Source: Candidatus Bathyarchaeia archaeon (GTDB lineage: Archaea; Thermoproteota; Bathyarchaeia; Bathyarchaeales; Bathycorpusculaceae). From it: DNA of 64,000 bases. Numbering within the stretch: position 1 is the first letter of the stretch; every line of letters starts with the position of its first letter. Shown here piece after piece: positions 1-8,216 of the stretch. The stretch covers positions 221,209 to 285,208 of the forward strand of contig JAVZNC010000002.1 of assembly GCA_038882955.1 (NCBI GenBank), read 5' to 3'. The notes under the pieces were generated by a model that was not told where the DNA came from, searched no databases, and saw nothing but the letters and a program-made list of their open reading frames with translations. A program made the position numbers and the translations under genes.

Positions 1-1013
1 CCGCCAGCACCGTCAAAGTATACCGCGTCAATCTTTGCTTCGGAGGCTATTTTTAGGGTGTATGCCACTGCTGTTGGTCTGTATGCGCCAGTTTTTAGTG
101 TCACGTGCTTTGCGCCTTGCTTGCGCAGCCATTCTATGTCTTCAATCATGTTCTTTTCTTTCGGTATTCCAACGCGGCTGTGTCTCTCGAAGGATTTGAA
201 GACTCCTTCTTTGAATGCTTGCTGCACTGTAGGGTCTTCTGGGTCTGGGATAACTATATATCCTCTTTTCTTTAGCATTATCGCCTTTTGCAAGTCTCTT
301 ACGCGAACCTCGCCTCCAATCGCCTTTGCTCCTTGTCCCCACTTTCTCTCTATTACGTTGACTTCCAGTTTTGAGATGGCGTAGACGTCAACTCCCAAGC
401 GTTGGTCTTCAACGTTTGTTTGGACGGCTATGTCTCCGTATTTTTCATCCCAGAACTTCCTGAACAAGTCTACTCTGCGTTTTAATTCTTTCGAATAGGT
501 GACCTTGCCATTTGTGAATTGCGCTTCTGGGTCCATGCCGCAGACGTTTTCTCCGACGATTATTATGGCGCCTGACAATGCTGTGCCTATGGCTAATCCT
601 TCCCAGTTTAGTCTTGCAACGTCTGTTGAGCCGAAGGCGCCGCATAAAACTGGTATTTTTAGTGGTATGCCTGCAACGACCGTTTCTGTGCTTGCGTTTG
701 GAAACAGCGCAACATCGGAGTTTTCCTCTATTCCTAAAGCTTCAAAAAGTCCAGCTTGTATGTTGAAGTGTGACCAATCCAGTCCAAAGTCTTTGAGGGC
801 GCCTGCTGTGCTGTATCCGAATTGTACTGGTTCTGGGTATAGTGCTTCTCTTCCTCTGAAAGCTGAAAGTCCAATTTCGCACATTATTGGGCAGTCGCGG
901 ATGCATATCGGGCACATTCCGCTTGTTGGGCTTGTGTCTTTGACTCGTGTGGTTGTTCCTGTTGTCGATTTTCCGTTCAAATAAGAACTGTTTCTAAACA
1001 CGCGTTCGGTCAT
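1..1013 (-). CDS. FMN-binding glutamate synthase family protein (archaeal GltB2-like), 5' part; runs off the window
   Basis: Absent from the ORF track (no stop in window). Manual translation from ATG 1013: MTERVFRNSSYLNGKST...SGMCPICIRDCPIMCEIG...ERKWGQGAKAIGGE...LKTGAYRP...DGAGG, carrying the KxGQGAKxxxGG and DGxxGG motifs of the glutamate synthase FMN domain. Confidence 0.85.
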   Translation of the reverse strand, partial: MTERVFRNSSYLNGKSTTGTTTRVKDTSPTSGMCPICIRDCPIMCEIGLSAFRGREALYPEPVQFGYSTAGALKDFGLDWSHFNIQAGLFEALGIEENSDVALFPNASTETVVAGIPLKIPVLCGAFGSTDVARLNWEGLAIGTALSGAIIIVGENVCGMDPEAQFTNGKVTYSKELKRRVDLFRKFWDEKYGDIAVQTNVEDQRLGVDVYAISKLEVNVIERKWGQGAKAIGGEVRVRDLQKAIMLKKRGYIVIPDPEDPTVQQAFKEGVFKSFERHSRVGIPKEKNMIEDIEWLRKQGAKHVTLKTGAYRPTAVAYTLKIASEAKIDAVYFDGAG

Positions 1014-1100
1014 CTTCTTCACCCTTTTACGTTTGTAAATTTCGGTATGAAGGGGTTAATTTTAGTCAACATTTAAACATTACCCTAGAAACAGCGAAAA

Positions 1101-1120
1101 ATGAACATGAATGTACATGA
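1101..1120. promoter_or_regulatory. Putative operator, tandem ATG(A/T)ACATGA
   Basis: ATGAACATGA-ATGTACATGA, a 10-bp direct repeat ~90 bp upstream of the gltB-like start; the same core recurs at 1961-2007 and 3845-3873. Confidence 0.5.
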
Positions 1121-1142
1121 AGCGTGCAATTTTACCTCGCCA

Positions 1143-1868
1143 TTAAAGAACATCTATTTGTAAGCCCTTAACTGTGTACTCTCGCCGCTGATATGTTTGC
1201 GGATTATACCTTCCACCAGCCTTCTTTATCTGCAAAAAGTTTTTGTCACCCTGCCTTGAAAGGTCAATAACAACTTGTGTCATATGCTCAATTATTGCAC
1301 AAAACTCTTTTGGATGCGCGTTCTTCGCCATCGTCCAACAAGCAAGAGTTTGATAAGCATACAATGCGGGGCAAACATGCCCAAAAAACGTCTTGACCGC
1401 GTCTCTTCCCCAATTATGCTCCATAATTGACAAACTGTTAAAAACAAGCCTTGTACCTGGAGTTACAAATTCTCTTTCAATTCTCCCGAAAAAGTGGTGA
1501 AAACGCTCTGGATCTTTGGAGCTTGGAACTTTTCTAATCCACGTTGGTGCCTTGTCATAAAAATCACTGAATATGAGTTCGCCTTGTCCAGCTGCTTCTG
1601 AAAAACAGTCTAATACTAGCAGTTTCTTTTCCCATCCGTCTGGCAATGACTTGGTTAACGGTTCAAGTTGGAGTATCAGCGCTTGTGGAGGATATATGAA
1701 ATCTAGGTAAATTACCTGCTTTCCTTCTAATAGTCCTTGACGCATAAATGAATATAAAAATTCTCTCGCGAAGGTTCCAGATTCAACCTCCCACAAAACA
1801 TTCTCTCCTAGGAATAAACCGCCTTCAAGGAGCTTGTCTAGGCTTTTTATTCCAGTTGAATGAGGCAT
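1143..1868 (-). CDS. KaiC/RAD55-like RecA-fold protein with degenerate Walker motifs
   Basis: STGIKSLDKLLEGGL N-terminus and LQIKKAGG C-terminus are typical of KaiC-like domains. Walker A reads EVESGTFAR and Walker B reads VFNSL. Start taken at MPHSTG (1868); the ORF track extends to 1967. Confidence 0.8.
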   Translation of the reverse strand: MPHSTGIKSLDKLLEGGLFLGENVLWEVESGTFAREFLYSFMRQGLLEGKQVIYLDFIYPPQALILQLEPLTKSLPDGWEKKLLVLDCFSEAAGQGELIFSDFYDKAPTWIRKVPSSKDPERFHHFFGRIEREFVTPGTRLVFNSLSIMEHNWGRDAVKTFFGHVCPALYAYQTLACWTMAKNAHPKEFCAIIEHMTQVVIDLSRQGDKNFLQIKKAGGRYNPQTYQRREYTVKGLQIDVL

Positions 1869-1960
1869 TTGTTTTTCGCTTGTCAATGTTGTGCACCGTG
1901 TGTAAGAGTTTGCGGGCACCATTAAAAATGTTATGTTGTAATTTGGTTGTTTTATTGTGT

Positions 1961-2007
1961 TGTACAAGTGTGTACATAATGGACATAATATTTCTATAGT
2001 TGAACAT
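1961..2007. promoter_or_regulatory. Putative operator array in the divergent kaiC-like/gdh promoter
   Basis: TGTACA(1961), TGTACAT(1971), TGGACAT(1980), TGAACAT(2001). Confidence 0.5.
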
Positions 2008-2031
2008 TGCTTTTGTTAGTCTTCGGAAGGT

Positions 2032-3819
2032 GTGAAAAAGATGTTGAACTCGGTAGAACTTTCAGCTCGTGAATTAGGAATGCTCAAGTTAATGGTGGAC
2101 TTCTTCGCCGAAAAACCAGAGTTAACAGCAAAAATAGAAAGTTACACAACAGCCCACTATGCCTTACTGACAACGTACTCTGAAAACTTTGGCATACCCA
2201 TAGAAGATTCTCTAAAGGCTTTTGAAGAGCTAAGGAAGAAGTTGATGGATGCCGAGTACGTCCATGTGAAAGCGCCAGAACCCATAAAGAAACTTTTGCC
2301 CTTAACACGCGATGAACTTAATATGCTGCGCGTTCTCGCTGACTATTTCTCCGAGAGTCCAAAAATGGCTCCTGCTGGGGCTTTCCTCTCTAGGAAAGAA
2401 GACGCTTTAGTTGAGACGTATTTATGGTTTTACGGAAACAGTGAAGGCAACGGCGAAGTAGCGAGGGAAACTCTCAAAAACCTAGTTGAGAAACTCCAAA
2501 CGGCAGTTTTCGTCAAAGTGGATACATTGGCTCCTATTGCGGTTGCGCCAAACCCTTACGAAGCCGCCCTTAAACAGCTAGACGTGGCTGTCGAAAAACT
2601 GAATCTTGACCCGGGCATACACGAAATATTAAAGCGTCCAATGCGTACCCTCATCGTTAACATTCCAGTAGTCATGGACGACGGCAGCATTCAAGTTTTC
2701 ACCGGATACCGCGTGCAATACAATGACGCTTTGGGTCCAACAAAGGGCGGCATAAGATACCATCCAGACCTAACCCTGGACGAAGTCACAGCCCTAGCCG
2801 CTTGGATGACGTGGAAAACAGCCGTAACAGGTTTGCCTCTTGGCGGAGGCAAAGGTGGAATCAGATGCAATCCTAAGGAGATGTCAAGGGCAGAGCTTGA
2901 GCGCCTCACAAGAGGATATGTACGTGCCATAGCAAAGTTCATAGGACCCTTCACGGACGTGCCTGCCCCAGATGTGTACACAACTGCGGAAATGATGGCT
3001 TGGATAATGGACGAATACAGTGAAATAGTCGGTTATCCAGTTTTCGGCGTGGTGACTGGAAAACCTGTTCATGTTGGCGGTTCTCATGGAAGAAGCGAGG
3101 CTACATCAAGGGGACTCATGTACACAGTTGTCGAGGCAGCCAAACATCTCGGAATAAATCTCAAGGGTGCAACAGTTGCAGTGCAAGGATATGGAAACGT
3201 AGGCTATCATGCGGCACGCCTGCTACATGAAATCGGATGCAAAATAATCGCGGTTTCAGACTCTAAAGGTGGCGTTTATAACCCAGAAGGTTTGGACCCG
3301 GAAAAAGTTCTTGTTCACAAGGAGAAAACTGGTTCGGTGGTTGAATACCCTGGCAGCACTTTCATAACAAATGAGCAATTGTTAGAACTAGAATGCGACA
3401 TCTTGGTTCCAGCGGCGTTGGAAAACCAAATAACAAAGGAAAACGCTGCAAACATAAAAGCGAAAATCGTTGCAGAAGGGGCTAACGGACCTACAACTCC
3501 AGAGGCGGATGAAATTCTGTTCAAAAAAGGCGTTTTCGTAATCCCCGACATTCTCGCCAACTCCGGCGGAGTGATTGTCAGCTACTTTGAACAAGTGCAA
3601 AATCAAATGAACTATTACTGGACTGAAGAAGAGGTTAGGAATAAACTGAAGGAAACAATAACCAAAGCTTTCCACGATGTGCTCAAAATGTCAAAACAGT
3701 ACAATGTGAACATGCGCACAGCAGCCTACATGTTGGCCGTAAAAAGAGTGGCAGACGCGCTTGTAGCCAGAAAGGGCACAACGTTCAGCCCCATCGTACC
3801 ACCATTAACACCAAGTTAA
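2032..3819 (+). CDS. gdhA: Glutamate dehydrogenase (Glu/Leu/Phe/Val family) with a ~170-aa duplicated N-terminal extension
   Basis: Core from about aa 174: GPTKGGIRYHP, WKTAV..LPLGGGKGG, DVPAPDV, QGYGNVG, AEGANGPTT, PDILANSGGVIVSYFE. Confidence 0.95.
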   Translation: MKKMLNSVELSARELGMLKLMVDFFAEKPELTAKIESYTTAHYALLTTYSENFGIPIEDSLKAFEELRKKLMDAEYVHVKAPEPIKKLLPLTRDELNMLRVLADYFSESPKMAPAGAFLSRKEDALVETYLWFYGNSEGNGEVARETLKNLVEKLQTAVFVKVDTLAPIAVAPNPYEAALKQLDVAVEKLNLDPGIHEILKRPMRTLIVNIPVVMDDGSIQVFTGYRVQYNDALGPTKGGIRYHPDLTLDEVTALAAWMTWKTAVTGLPLGGGKGGIRCNPKEMSRAELERLTRGYVRAIAKFIGPFTDVPAPDVYTTAEMMAWIMDEYSEIVGYPVFGVVTGKPVHVGGSHGRSEATSRGLMYTVVEAAKHLGINLKGATVAVQGYGNVGYHAARLLHEIGCKIIAVSDSKGGVYNPEGLDPEKVLVHKEKTGSVVEYPGSTFITNEQLLELECDILVPAALENQITKENAANIKAKIVAEGANGPTTPEADEILFKKGVFVIPDILANSGGVIVSYFEQVQNQMNYYWTEEEVRNKLKETITKAFHDVLKMSKQYNVNMRTAAYMLAVKRVADALVARKGTTFSPIVPPLTPS

Positions 3820-3844
3820 CATCCCCCCTCCCCCCTTTTCTCTT

Positions 3845-3873
3845 ATGTACATTCAAGAATTTTTTATGAACAT
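3845..3873. promoter_or_regulatory. Putative operator upstream of the RHH regulator
   Basis: ATGTACAT...ATGAACAT, cores 21 bp apart, just before TTTAAAA (TATA-like). Confidence 0.5.
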
Positions 3874-3914
3874 GTTTAAAAGCAACCGATTCAAAAAATA
3901 ACCCGTGAAACAGC

Positions 3915-5873
3915 ATGTCCGTACACCTTCACACAACAATAACCAAAAAGACAAACGAGGTACTTGAAGAACTAGCAAAAACCTATGGCACAAAAAGCCG
4001 CGTTCTCGAAAAAGCCGTAGAAACTCTGCTTAGGGTTGACAAAGTTGGTTCTTGCGATGATTGCACAATAAAAGCAAAAATTAACGAACAAACCAAACTG
4101 AGAGAGGCGCTTGACCTAACATCGGTTAGCAGAAAAAGCCTTGACAGCCTCCTTGAAGTTGCCCTTGGAAACAGAACAGTTGAAGACTTGATAAGGGAAC
4201 AAAAAGCAGAGGCAAAGAACATAATCGAGATACTAAAAAGCTCTGTTGCATGGAGGGCTCCATCGACCTTCAAGGAGTTTCTACTGGTCCTAGAAGAGAT
4301 AAAAGGGCTTACAAACCTCTTTGACATTCCATCATACAGCGAAATCGACAGTGTAGCCGTGCTAAGACCCAGAGTCTTTAAACGCTTACCCGTAATGGTT
4401 GCCTTCCAAATTGCCACAATATTAGAGGGCATAGGCGTAAATTTCGACTTGCGAATTATGGGTGAAGACATAGCCATAAAAATGATTCGCCCCGAAATTT
4501 ACCCATTAAGGAGAAAGGAATTCGGCGAATTCTTGGAGCAACAGATTGAAAAAGAACTAGCAAATGTAACTCCAGGCTTGTTCAAAAACACACTTATGCT
4601 TGTTGGACCAGCCTTCATGAATTGGGCTGAGAAGCATCTTGAGGAACCAGTAACAGAATTGGGCAACTTCATAGAAGATGCAAGAACCGTTCTCGGCATC
4701 GACGAGTTTCCGAGGGAGCCAAAAGATTTTGTTAAGACTATTCTTTCGGCCTTTGTCAAAATGAACTGGTTTAGGCAAGTTAAAGTTTTAACAGAGAAAG
4801 AAGAGAACACCTTAGAACTTGTTTTCCAAGCAACGACAGCTCAAACAGCTCGTTTATCCTTAACAGTACTTTCGATAATGCTTGCAACACGCGGATGGAA
4901 GCTACTGCATCACTCAATTGAACATGCAAACGTGAACATGACAATAAAATACGTAGGCGCAGAAGACCAAAGCATCCTAGATCAACTAGCAGAACTCAAC
5001 CTTTTCCAAATAATAGGAAAACAATTCCTAGATGTTGTTCCAATCCCCCGCGACCTCTTCAACTCCTTCGCTGCAAAAGTATACGAAAGTGACAGACAAA
5101 AATTTGAAGAAATATACCGCGCAACAGGAGTCCGCATCTCCAACGCCATCCGCATGCTTGCTCGGGGCGACCCAGAAAAAATTGGTAGACTTTCCAAAAA
5201 CTTTATCATCAAAAGCATCAGCGTGACGCAGCCCGACGCTGAAGTAAGGTTTGTTGACGACGAGCACTTCACCATCATTTTTAAGCGGATAGACCCCCTT
5301 GTAATGAACAGCCAACGCATCTTAATAGAATCCATGTTTAAGGAGCTAGGCTACGAAGTTTCAACAACGACATTCCAGAACCTACTAAGCTTTAAACTAA
5401 AACTTTTGGAAAAGCCAGTTCTAGAACCCTTACCGCGGAAAAAGCTTATGCAAACACTAATCGAAGGAATGTCATGCAACTCCATCGAAGAAGCTTTCGC
5501 CGTTGAAAGAGAACAGTTGGACGCGCTTTTTCCAGAAGACTACCCGTGGACTATCAAAGATGTCGGTGAAAGGCTTATTGACATGTACCGCGAACTCGGC
5601 ATAGAAGTTGAAATAGAATATTTTGAAGGCGGCTTCACTCTCAAATACAAAAGTTGCCCCTATTACAAACTGGTCAAAACCAATCAGAAGACTTGGCTCT
5701 GCGGTCTTCGGAAGAAAACACTAGAATACATTATTTCTAGGGTTAGCCACGGCAAAAAGGGGCGAATGAAAATAATAAAATCTCTGCTCCAGAATGAGCA
5801 TCCATGCGAATACGCCATATTCCTAACAGGCTTCCTTGAAAAAGAAGAAAAACCAATTGAGACACAAAGCTAG
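3915..5873 (+). CDS. Multidomain putative regulator: N-terminal ribbon-helix-helix, repeated V4R-like alpha/beta domains and a C-terminal Cys-containing V4R-like domain
   Basis: MSVHLHTTITKKTNEVLEELAKTYGTKSRVLEKAVETL fits the RHH strand-helix-helix pattern, followed by CDDC. The C-terminus has YKSCPY...WLC...HPCEY, a V4R-like three-Cys pattern. Confidence 0.6.
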   Translation: MSVHLHTTITKKTNEVLEELAKTYGTKSRVLEKAVETLLRVDKVGSCDDCTIKAKINEQTKLREALDLTSVSRKSLDSLLEVALGNRTVEDLIREQKAEAKNIIEILKSSVAWRAPSTFKEFLLVLEEIKGLTNLFDIPSYSEIDSVAVLRPRVFKRLPVMVAFQIATILEGIGVNFDLRIMGEDIAIKMIRPEIYPLRRKEFGEFLEQQIEKELANVTPGLFKNTLMLVGPAFMNWAEKHLEEPVTELGNFIEDARTVLGIDEFPREPKDFVKTILSAFVKMNWFRQVKVLTEKEENTLELVFQATTAQTARLSLTVLSIMLATRGWKLLHHSIEHANVNMTIKYVGAEDQSILDQLAELNLFQIIGKQFLDVVPIPRDLFNSFAAKVYESDRQKFEEIYRATGVRISNAIRMLARGDPEKIGRLSKNFIIKSISVTQPDAEVRFVDDEHFTIIFKRIDPLVMNSQRILIESMFKELGYEVSTTTFQNLLSFKLKLLEKPVLEPLPRKKLMQTLIEGMSCNSIEEAFAVEREQLDALFPEDYPWTIKDVGERLIDMYRELGIEVEIEYFEGGFTLKYKSCPYYKLVKTNQKTWLCGLRKKTLEYIISRVSHGKKGRMKIIKSLLQNEHPCEYAIFLTGFLEKEEKPIETQS

Positions 5874-5931
5874 GTTTAAGCACCGTTCAGTAAGCATTTA
5901 TTAGCACTAACACGTATGAAAACTATGAGGG

Positions 5932-6909
5932 TTGTCCTTGAGTTTTGAGATGTGGGCTGAAAAGTACAGACCAAAAACATTGGATGAAATGGTTGACCAA
6001 AAGGAGATAGTTGAGCGATTAAAGAGCTTCGTTAAATCCAAAAATGTGCCACATTGCATTTTCGCTGGACCGCCTGGAACTGGAAAGACCACTGCTGCGC
6101 TTTGTTTGGCTAGGGACTTGTATGGAGATGCTTACCGAGAGCACATAATGGAGTTGAACGCTAGCGACGAGAGGGGTATAGACGTTGTGAGGGAAACTGT
6201 CAAAACCTTTGCTCGTGTGCGGTCTATTGGCGAAATACCATTTAAACTTATGATTTTAGATGAAGCGGACAACATGACTGCCGATGCTCAGCAAGCCCTA
6301 AGGCGTACAATGGAGCGGTATACTGAAACATGCCGTTTCATTTTATGTGCAAACTACAGCGGAAAAATAATTGAGCCTATACAGTCACGCTGCGCCCCGT
6401 TTCGTTTCACATTTCTGCCAAGGGAAGAACATGACAAATACCTTAAGTGCATAGCGGAAAACGAAGGCATCAAACTTCTGAAGGACGGATTGGACGCGAT
6501 TTTTGAGGTTTGCGGCGGCGATTTGCGAAAGGCGATAAACACGCTTCAAGCTGCTGCATCGCTGAACAAGCCAATAGACGCGAAGGTTGTTTATTCCATT
6601 GCGGGTAGGGCTCACCCAGCAGATGTGCAGAAAATGATAGAAACTGCGATTAACGGCGACTTTCTAGAAGCCAGAAAACAACTGCGCGACATGATTCAAA
6701 AATATGGTGTGGCTGGAAGCGACATAATTAGGCAAATTCACACCGAAATTTTCAGAGCGGATATTCCAGAGCCTTGGAAAATAAAGTTGGCAGACATTGT
6801 CGGCGATATAGATTATAGGCTTGTTGAGGGCGCAGACGAGGAGGTTCAGCTAAGCGCCTTGTTGGCGAGGCTTGTGGAGGCTGGCTACGAGATTAAAAAG
6901 ACAAGTTAG
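5932..6909 (+). CDS. rfcS: Replication factor C small subunit
   Basis: WAEKYRP, GPPGTGKT, ELNASDERG, LDEAD, IQSRC; no intein. Confidence 0.97.
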   Translation: MSLSFEMWAEKYRPKTLDEMVDQKEIVERLKSFVKSKNVPHCIFAGPPGTGKTTAALCLARDLYGDAYREHIMELNASDERGIDVVRETVKTFARVRSIGEIPFKLMILDEADNMTADAQQALRRTMERYTETCRFILCANYSGKIIEPIQSRCAPFRFTFLPREEHDKYLKCIAENEGIKLLKDGLDAIFEVCGGDLRKAINTLQAAASLNKPIDAKVVYSIAGRAHPADVQKMIETAINGDFLEARKQLRDMIQKYGVAGSDIIRQIHTEIFRADIPEPWKIKLADIVGDIDYRLVEGADEEVQLSALLARLVEAGYEIKKTS

Positions 6910-6920
6910 GTGCAAAGTGT

Positions 6921-8180
6921 TTGTACGCTGCTTGGACTGTTAAGCACAAGCCAAAATCCCTAGACGAAATCGTTGGAAACAAAGAGGCTATCCAAACCTT
7001 TATTGAATGGATAAAATCTTGGGAGAAAGGCATACCCAAAAAACGTGCAGCTTTCATTTTTGGTCCTCCAGGCATTGGAAAAACAGTTACCGTTGAGGCT
7101 CTTGCCGCTGATTTTAAGATGGAACTTGTTGAGAAAAACGCAAGCGACTATAGGACTGAAGAGGCGATTAACCGTTTTGCTGGTTTAGCTTCGCAGTATG
7201 GCTCGCTTTTCGGCGGCAAAAGAATCATACTGTTGGATGAGCTTGACGGGCTTACTGGCACAGCTGACAAGGGCGGCGTTAAAGCCATAACAGACATTGT
7301 TAAAATTGCCCAGTGCCCAATAGTTTTGATTGCAAACAACGCTTATGACCCAAGATTTGCCAATCTCCGCAACTACTGCCTACTAATAGAGTTTAAGAAG
7401 CCGCCAACAAGCGAAGTCATGAAACATTTGAAGCGCATATGCATCCGTGAGGGAATACAAGCAGACGATGACGCCTTAAAGTTTATTGCACAGCGTTCAG
7501 AAGGCGATGTCCGCTCGGCAGTTAATGACCTTCAAGCATTAGCCCAAGGCAAGAAGAGACTGACGTATGAGGATGTTTCTTGGCTTGGCTATAGGGATAG
7601 GCAAGACACCATTTTTAATGTTTTGAGAATGATAATTTATGCGCGTACATGCAACAGCGCAAAACAAGCGTTTGACATGGCTGACGTTGACATTGATATG
7701 CTTTTTGAGTGGATTTACGAGAACGTTCCAGCGCATTTAACTGAACCGCACGATTTGGCAAGGGCTATGGATGCGCTTTCGATGGCAGACGTCTATCGGG
7801 GCAGAATCCGCTCCACACAAGATTGGAGTTTCACGCGCTACGTTATTGATTACATGACCGCTGGCGTTGCAATGGCTAGGCAAAACACGAAGACACGCGG
7901 GTTTATACCATTCAAGTTTCCAACGCGCATACAAATGTTGTCTAGGTCCAAGGCTGAACGTGCAATACAACTAAACATTGGACAGAAGATTAAGCGAAAA
8001 TGTCACATATCCGCTAATAGAGCTTCAAAGGAGATAATCCCCTACCTTAAGATAATATTCAAGAATAATGTTGAAATGGCTGCCGGACTTGCAAAATGGC
8101 TTGATTTGGACGTGGAAATGATTGAGTATCTGACAGAGGATAAGAAAAAAGCGGATGCCATTGCTAAACTTGTAGGTTAA
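6921..8180 (+). CDS. rfcL: Replication factor C large subunit
   Basis: WTVKHKP, GPPGIGKT, NASDYR, LDELD, GDVRSAVNDLQ; follows rfcS. Confidence 0.95.
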   Translation: MYAAWTVKHKPKSLDEIVGNKEAIQTFIEWIKSWEKGIPKKRAAFIFGPPGIGKTVTVEALAADFKMELVEKNASDYRTEEAINRFAGLASQYGSLFGGKRIILLDELDGLTGTADKGGVKAITDIVKIAQCPIVLIANNAYDPRFANLRNYCLLIEFKKPPTSEVMKHLKRICIREGIQADDDALKFIAQRSEGDVRSAVNDLQALAQGKKRLTYEDVSWLGYRDRQDTIFNVLRMIIYARTCNSAKQAFDMADVDIDMLFEWIYENVPAHLTEPHDLARAMDALSMADVYRGRIRSTQDWSFTRYVIDYMTAGVAMARQNTKTRGFIPFKFPTRIQMLSRSKAERAIQLNIGQKIKRKCHISANRASKEIIPYLKIIFKNNVEMAAGLAKWLDLDVEMIEYLTEDKKKADAIAKLVG

Positions 8181-8216
8181 AAAGAAAAGGGAAGATTAAA
8201 TTTTCCGCTTTTGTTA

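Noticed and set aside
58-984. Plus-strand ORFs of 108 and 161 aa
   Set aside because: They are antisense shadows of the minus-strand glutamate synthase gene.
5932-8180. Inteins in RFC
   Set aside because: Both subunits have normal lengths and contiguous motifs.
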